Positions 58,762 through 64,000 of a DNA stretch of 64,000 bases are shown one piece after another (position 1 is the first letter of the stretch; every line of letters starts with the position of its first letter). The stretch covers positions 17,447-81,446 of the forward strand of contig CAVRNT010000001.1 of NCBI GenBank assembly GCA_963722655.1, in the 5' to 3' direction. The notes below the pieces were generated by a model that saw only the letters and a list, made by a program, of their open reading frames with translations, searched no databases and was not told where the DNA came from. The position numbers and the translations under genes were made by a program. The stretch is from an uncultured bacterium (GTDB taxonomy: Bacteria > Patescibacteriota > Minisyncoccia > UBA6257 > GWB1-50-10).

Positions 58762-61700
58762 TTATTCCGGGAATTTACCACCCGAAATATCGAAGTACTT
58801 ATCAAAGAAACGCGTCAATTTATTTAGAACACTCTCTCGTTTATGCGTACGCTCTCCGGTCGGTGAAAAACGCGATACGGGCGGAAGCACTTTTGTCAGC
58901 GCCGTTCCGGTTGAGGCGACTACGCCGTCACGGAAAGAATTACGCACAAAAGTGTATGTTGCATTACGATCAAGATTTTCCTTCGCGATAATGGTATCGA
59001 GATCCTCGATCTTTTTCTTATCCACAAATTCGTGCCAATCTTCATCGACAATTGAATGAACATCGAGTGATGAGATGAACTGATTGATCAGCTCTTTTTT
59101 ATTACGCAGCTCTACACTGGAATCAATGGCTTTATTGATGTCGATCAAAAGCTCGCGATTTTTCGTGTGACCCTCGTGATATTTTTTGATGAGCGTCAGC
59201 ACGTAATCGATATTGATTTCCACCTGCTTGATCAATTCCATTTCAAACACGACATCATCGATAATACTTTCCTTTTCCTTCTCGACGCCTTTTCGAAATT
59301 CAGCGTAGAGATCGATATACATACTGTGATAATCCTGAATATCACGCTCAGTCAAAATCTCATTGCCAGCAAATTCATCGAAAGCCATTAGAATATTACG
59401 CAACCGCAAGATCGCCCCGTATAGCTTTATAAAATCTTTTTGGTTTTGCTCCCCGACGATCTGCTCTCCGGCAGGGAATTTCTTCATGAGTTCATCCACT
59501 AAGCTCACGTATCCATAAACCTCTTTATCAACGTCTTTATAACCGTTGTAATAGTCGGCGTATGATTTCAAAAGAATGATACCGCCCGCCTCCTTATCGC
59601 CAAAGAGAGCCACTGATTCATTGGTCGCTCGTTCTAAATTGCGAAAGCAAACGATATTTCCAAAAGTTTTTACACTGTTCAGAATTCGATTTGTCCGTGA
59701 ATATGCCTGCAAGAGGCCATGCAATCGCAGATTCTTATCCACCCAGAGTGTGTTGAGCGTCGTTGCGTCAAAGCCGGTCAGAAACATATTAACGACGATC
59801 AGGATGTCGATCTCGCGATTCTTGACCCTCAAACTGACATCCTTGTAATAATTTTGGAATTTGTCGGATGAAGTGTCGTACGACGTTCCGAACATTGCAT
59901 TGTAATCCTCGATGGCCTTCTCCAAAAAATCCCTTGAGCTGGCATCGAGACCGCTGGTATCCTCCGAATTTTCATCAACAACACCGTCCGCTTCCTCTTC
60001 GTTCACTCCGAAACTGTAGATGAGTGCTACTTTGAGACGTTTATCGCTCGGGACGTCCGTAAGTTGTTTCTTAAACTCGGCATAGTATTTTTTGGCAACA
60101 TCTATAGATGCGGTAGCAAAGATCGAGTTGAATCCAGCGAGCCTTCTTTCGTTCAATTTATAGAAGCTATTGCGTTTGGTCTTCTGATCGAAATGCTCAC
60201 GGATATAACGCACGATATTAGTAAGTCGATCCGGCGCAGAAAGTACCGCTTCGCGATCGATATCGCTCACTTTCTTGTCCTCTATATTTTCCGCCTCACG
60301 CACCGTAGAAACGTAGTCAACCTTAAACGGCAGAACATTTCTATCATTGATGGCATTTACGATGGTATAGGTATGCAGTTTTTCACCAAAGGCCTGTTCG
60401 GTGGTCTTTAAATCAGGGCGCCCACCAGAAGAGGCATTTACCGCAAAGATCGGCGTGCCGGTAAATCCAAAAAGGTGATAATTTTTGAACGCCTCCGTGA
60501 TGGCATCGTGCATATCGCCAAATTGGGAACGGTGACATTCGTCGAAAATAATCACGACATGCTGGTTAAAAATAGCATGGCCGACATTCCGTTCGATGAA
60601 ACGGTCGAGTTTTTGGATGGTGGTAATAATGATTCGCGCATTCGGATTCTCGAGTTGACGCTTCAGAATGGCGGTAGAGGTATTACTGTTTGCTGCTCCT
60701 TTTTCAAATTTGTCGTATTCGCGCATCGTCTGATAATCCAAGTCCTTACGATCCACCACAAAAAGTACCTTATCAATATAGGGAAGTTTGCTCGCAAGTT
60801 GCGCCGTCTTAAAACTGGTAAGCGTTTTACCGGATCCGGTAGTGTGCCAGATATATCCTCCGGCCTCAACAGTGCCAAGCTTCTTGTAATTCGTACTGAT
60901 TTCAATGCGACTCAAGATGCGCTCAGTCGCAACGATCTGATAGGGGCGCATCACGAGCAGTTGCCAATCGGCAGTAAATACACAATATCGGGTTAGGATT
61001 TTTAAAAGGACATGCTTCGCAAAAAATGTTTTCGCAAAATCCATCAAATCCGTAATCGGCGCATTTGTCGCATCAGCCCACCAGCTCGTGAATTCAAAAC
61101 TATTGCTCGTACGCTTTCCCTTTTTTACCGCACCCTCATTCATCTCCTTAATATGCGTGTTGCGCGTGGTGTTGCTGTAATACTTGGTATGTGTGCCGTT
61201 TGAAATGACGAATATCTGGACATATTCAAAAAGACCCGATGATGCCCAAAAACTTTCCCGCTGATAACGGTTGATTTGGTTGAATGCTTCCTGAATGGCC
61301 ACGCCACGACGCTTCAGCTCGATGTGCACCAGCGGCAATCCATTTACAAGCACGGTTACATCATATCGATTAGCGCGTTGTCCTTCGTCAGTCGCATATT
61401 GGTTGATAACCTGTAAATCGTTGTCATGGATATTATCTTTCTTCAGAAGATAAATATTTTTTACCGCGCCGTCATCGCAAGTGAGATTCTTGATATAATC
61501 CTCCTGAATCGTCGCAGTTTTTTCTTCAATGCTCTGATTGGGGTTGGCGAGTTCTCCCGCAAAAAACGATTCCATTCGGCATCGCTAAAAGTGAAATCGT
61601 TTAACCTCTCCAGTTCACGGCGCAAATTCGCGATAAGGTCTTCCTCGCTCGCGATAGGCAAAAATTCGTAAGCCTGAGCCTTAAGCTCACCGATGAACGC

Positions 61701-61817
61701 GTGTTCAAGCTCCGCCTCGCTTTGATAGGTTATCGGATGTGATTTGCTCGGCATATATTTGGCCACTACCGTGCTTTCAGGATTTTCAACGATCAAATTA
61801 ATTTGATGCTCTTCCAT
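58762..61817 (-). pseudogene. hsdR: type I restriction enzyme R subunit (EcoR124I-like), interrupted at a T6 homopolymer
   Basis: The N-terminal 118-aa ORF (61461..61817) aligns with the EcoR124I HsdR N-terminus (YQSEAELE...FSDAEWNRF). The 937-aa ORF (58762..61575) continues (ELANPNQSI..., RYDVTVLVNGLPLVHIELKRRG nuclease motif, TGSGKT, DECHRSQ helicase motifs). The frames join at tttttt (61561-61566). One extra T would give NRFFAGEL. Confidence 0.8.
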
Positions 61818-61818
61818 G

Positions 61819-62286
61819 TTAAGAGAAGGTTAAAAGTTTAGTTCGATAATATTCATACTGCGATTGACGAGCAGAAATCTCGGCGGGAAGGCCAATGGAA
61901 ATATCGGTTACGAGCACATCAAACTTGTCTAAGATAGAAACGATACGTTCCTGCTCGACAAGTGGTGGGAGAGGAATTCTATATTTTTTGACTTCAGTAT
62001 CCGATATCGCTGGGTAGTTTGTCCCTCTTTGTGCATTTTCTACATACTTAGAAAACCTCCGCAGACCTAGCTGATGGTATATATAATTTGTTAGGGTTTC
62101 AGTGCTCTTAGGGCGCAAAACACAAAATCCAGTACTACAGATTTGTCCATCATATTGATCAGTAATAATACAAAAACGTCCCAGCGTTGGTCTTGTTGTG
62201 CCAAAAATTACGTCGCCAGTTTTTACAATTTTTTGTGCTCGACTTGGCGCCGTCTCATTATCAATTTTTTGCGTGTCCGTGATCAT
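61819..62286 (-). CDS. hsdS: type I R-M specificity subunit, C-terminal half (TRD2 + distal conserved region)
   Basis: IPLPPLVEQERIVSILDKFDVLVTDISIGLPAEISARQSQYEYYRTKLLTF is the conserved HsdS C-terminal region. The start is taken at MITDTQ. Confidence 0.7.
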   Translation of the reverse strand: MITDTQKIDNETAPSRAQKIVKTGDVIFGTTRPTLGRFCIITDQYDGQICSTGFCVLRPKSTETLTNYIYHQLGLRRFSKYVENAQRGTNYPAISDTEVKKYRIPLPPLVEQERIVSILDKFDVLVTDISIGLPAEISARQSQYEYYRTKLLTFS

Positions 62287-62354
62287 GTGTTTTTCTCTGT
62301 CTACCGAAGACAAATCAATGTAATAGAATTGCCCTCCTATATTTTCTGACCATT

Positions 62355-63074
62355 TTATTGTTTAGTTATTTCACAAATTTCACTAAGCGGAGCCCACCGT
62401 ACCCCCCCCTCTTCGTCAAACGTTAAAAGCTCCGAGCGGTAATACTCGTATTGCTTCTTTCTTGCTTCTAGCTCTGCTTCTAGCTCTGCTTCTAGCTCTG
62501 CTTCTAGCTCTGTAAAATTATCTAAAATATTTATAATCTCTTTTTGGATGTCAAGCGGCGGGAGAGGGATTTTTATTTTTGCAAACCGCTTTTTTGAAAC
62601 GTTGAAACGCGTAACTCCACTCGCAGTTTTTGCAATTTGCTTTCTCATTTGTTCATCCCTAAATAAATATTTTGAGAACTCCGGTAAAAGTAGGGTTTTG
62701 TCGTTCAAGCGAAAGCCAAAACAAAAACTGTTGAGATATAACGACCCATCGACTTTCTTTGTTAAGACAGAAGACATGCCACATTCATTCGGTGTTTCAG
62801 ACGAACCAGTAAACAACACATCGCCGTACTCGATTTTGTTTTGTGATTCACCCTTACCTACCCTGACAAAGTCTTTAATATCGGTTTTTACAGCAATATT
62901 AGAAAACACATTCATGTAGGTAACAAATTTGGCGTTACCATCGTGAAAATCATCTTTACTCTTTCCAGTTAATCCACCATAAAACTCACCTAATTCACCT
63001 AGTGTCCTAAACTCCACTCCGTCCGGGCAGAGCTCCGCGATCAGTTTTTCAATTTTGCTTTGGCGTTTTGTCAT
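62355..63074 (-). CDS. hsdS: type I R-M specificity subunit, N-terminal half (TRD1 + central conserved region with ELEA x4 repeat)
   Basis: IPLPPLDIQKEIINILDNFTELEAELEAELEAELEARKKQYEYYR is the central conserved region. It ends shortly after TRD2 begins (VRWAPLSEICEITKQ*). The ATG overlaps the hsdM stop (ATGA). Confidence 0.75.
   Translation of the reverse strand: MTKRQSKIEKLIAELCPDGVEFRTLGELGEFYGGLTGKSKDDFHDGNAKFVTYMNVFSNIAVKTDIKDFVRVGKGESQNKIEYGDVLFTGSSETPNECGMSSVLTKKVDGSLYLNSFCFGFRLNDKTLLLPEFSKYLFRDEQMRKQIAKTASGVTRFNVSKKRFAKIKIPLPPLDIQKEIINILDNFTELEAELEAELEAELEARKKQYEYYRSELLTFDEEGGVRWAPLSEICEITKQ
62464..62511 (-). repeat. 4 x 12-bp perfect tandem repeat (gcttctagctct) encoding (ELEA)4 in the hsdS central conserved region
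   Basis: Direct reading gives four identical 12-mers at 62464-62511. Confidence 0.9.
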
Positions 63075-64000
63075 TTTGTTCCTTCTATATCTGCCACGAT
63101 ATCATCGATTGCACTGCGAAGTTTTTGTTGTCGCTCAACGATGCTGGCTATCTCCGCGTTGAGCGTCACGATGTCCACTACCTCGCGCGTGTCTTCCGCC
63201 ACCACATAGCTTGATACAGCGATGTTATAATCGTTTTCTGCGATAGCTTTGTTATTCACGAGCTTCGCAAAATATTTCATATCCTTCCGCGCGATGAATG
63301 CATTCAATATTTTCGTGCGATTCGCTTCCGTAAGCTTGTTTTTATTTCCAGCATGCAAAAATTCGGCCGAGGCGTCTATAAAAAGTGTCTTGTTATCCTT
63401 CTTACTTTTCTTCAGCACAATGATACAGGTGGCGATGGTAGTGCCAAAAAATAGGTCGTGCGGAAGTTGGATGACGGCATCGATATAGTTGTTGTCGACG
63501 AGATACTTGCGAATCTTCTGCTCTGCCCCGTTGCGGTAAAGCACGCCGGGGAATTCAACAATTGCTGCCGTGCCATTAGTGGCAAGCCACGAGAGCATGT
63601 GCATCGTGAATGCGAGGTCAGCCTTACTCTTTGGCGCAAGAATACCCGCCGGAGAAAAACGCGGATCATTAATAAGGAGCGGATTGCTGTCGCCCTCCCA
63701 ATGAATAGAATATGGCGGATTGGACACAATGGCCTCGAACGGTTCATCATCCCAATGCTTTGGGTCGATGAGTGTATCGCCGTGCTCGATATCGAACTTG
63801 CTGTAATTTATATCGTGCAAAAACATATTGATGCGGCAAAGGTTGTAGGTGGTGAGGTTGATTTCCTGCCCAAAGAAACCAATCCGCACATTTTCTTTAC
63901 CGAGGATCTTTGCGAATTTAAGGAGAAGCGAGCCAGAGCCACACGCCGGATCATACACCTTATTCACCTCCTTCTTCCCAACGATAGCGATCCGCGCCAA
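63071..64000 (-). CDS. hsdM: type I R-M N6-adenine DNA methyltransferase subunit (partial, N-terminus beyond window)
   Basis: Motif I VYDPACGSGSLLL, motif IV NPPYSIHW, and an HsdM C-terminal coiled region. The ORF runs to the window edge. Confidence 0.85.
   Translation of the reverse strand: MARIAIVGKKEVNKVYDPACGSGSLLLKFAKILGKENVRIGFFGQEINLTTYNLCRINMFLHDINYSKFDIEHGDTLIDPKHWDDEPFEAIVSNPPYSIHWEGDSNPLLINDPRFSPAGILAPKSKADLAFTMHMLSWLATNGTAAIVEFPGVLYRNGAEQKIRKYLVDNNYIDAVIQLPHDLFFGTTIATCIIVLKKSKKDNKTLFIDASAEFLHAGNKNKLTEANRTKILNAFIARKDMKYFAKLVNNKAIAENDYNIAVSSYVVAEDTREVVDIVTLNAEIASIVERQQKLRSAIDDIVADIEGTK

Larger units (their letters stand above)
47560..64000. mobile_element. integrated mobile/defence island (prophage- or satellite-like remnant with serine recombinase, regulators, MTases, terminase, type I R-M). 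The right end lies beyond the window.
   Basis: GC content drops sharply after 47.55 kb. The gene content is XRE/ImmA, ParB-MTase, MTase, TerS-like, TerL, large serine recombinase, PD-(D/E)XK nuclease and hsdMSR. There are multiple frameshifted genes and many hairpins in the 47.55-47.81 kb junction. Confidence 0.6.

Noticed and set aside
62355-62420. Possibility that a length change in the G8 tract (62402-62409) fuses the two hsdS halves
   Set aside because: Both alternative frames hit stop codons (62362-62364 and 62366-62368) before reaching the TRD2 ORF. A single slip at G8 therefore cannot restore a full-length HsdS.

Overview
This 64-kb window from a GC-rich (~57%) streamlined bacterial chromosome has two parts.

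Positions 1-47.5 kb are core genome. Genes in order:
- Cell-surface glycan cluster (1-8.9 kb): partial FkbM methyltransferase, GT9 heptosyltransferase, AsnB-type amidotransferase, O-antigen-ligase (Wzy_C) family membrane protein, and a 1120-aa Ser/Thr/Gly-rich secreted protein with a peptidoglycan-binding domain.
- Protein quality control and iron-sulfur/stress genes: clpB, htrA, a SIMPL protein, cysteine desulfurase, mgtC, PduO-type adenosyltransferase.
- An ArfB-like protein, a DedA protein, and a Zn/Mn-type ABC ATPase plus permease.
- Central metabolism and RNA processing: gpmI, rny, hup.
- An ECF sigma/anti-sigma operon with a Thr/Ser-repeat secreted protein.
- secG, a family-5 solute-binding protein, PGI/PMI.
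- rnj, trpS, ileS carrying an in-frame ~200-aa histidine-phosphatase insertion, argS, smpB followed by tmRNA, infC-rpmI-rplT with a structured leader, a NUDIX hydrolase, polX, and a membrane-anchored Hsp100/Clp-like AAA+ protein.
- tRNA genes: tRNA-Phe, tRNA-Pro, tRNA-Arg, tRNA-Gly and tRNA-Leu.

From about 47.56 kb to the window end (and beyond) lies a lower-GC integrated mobile/defence island:
- an XRE/ImmA regulator pair;
- a four-gene cassette of unknown function;
- a ParB-fused DNA methyltransferase plus a second methyltransferase;
- a terminase small-subunit-like HTH protein and a frameshifted terminase large subunit, with no structural phage genes;
- a large serine recombinase;
- a frameshifted PD-(D/E)XK nuclease;
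- a two-TM protein with a His/Cys-containing C-terminal domain;
- an EcoR124I-like (type IC) type I restriction-modification operon, hsdM-hsdS-hsdR. hsdS is split into two halves and carries a 4x12-bp ELEA-coding tandem repeat and a G8 tract. hsdR is interrupted at a T6 homopolymer.

No CRISPR array and no rRNA genes were seen. All calls rest on reading the ORF translations and the sequence by eye; no database searches were run.
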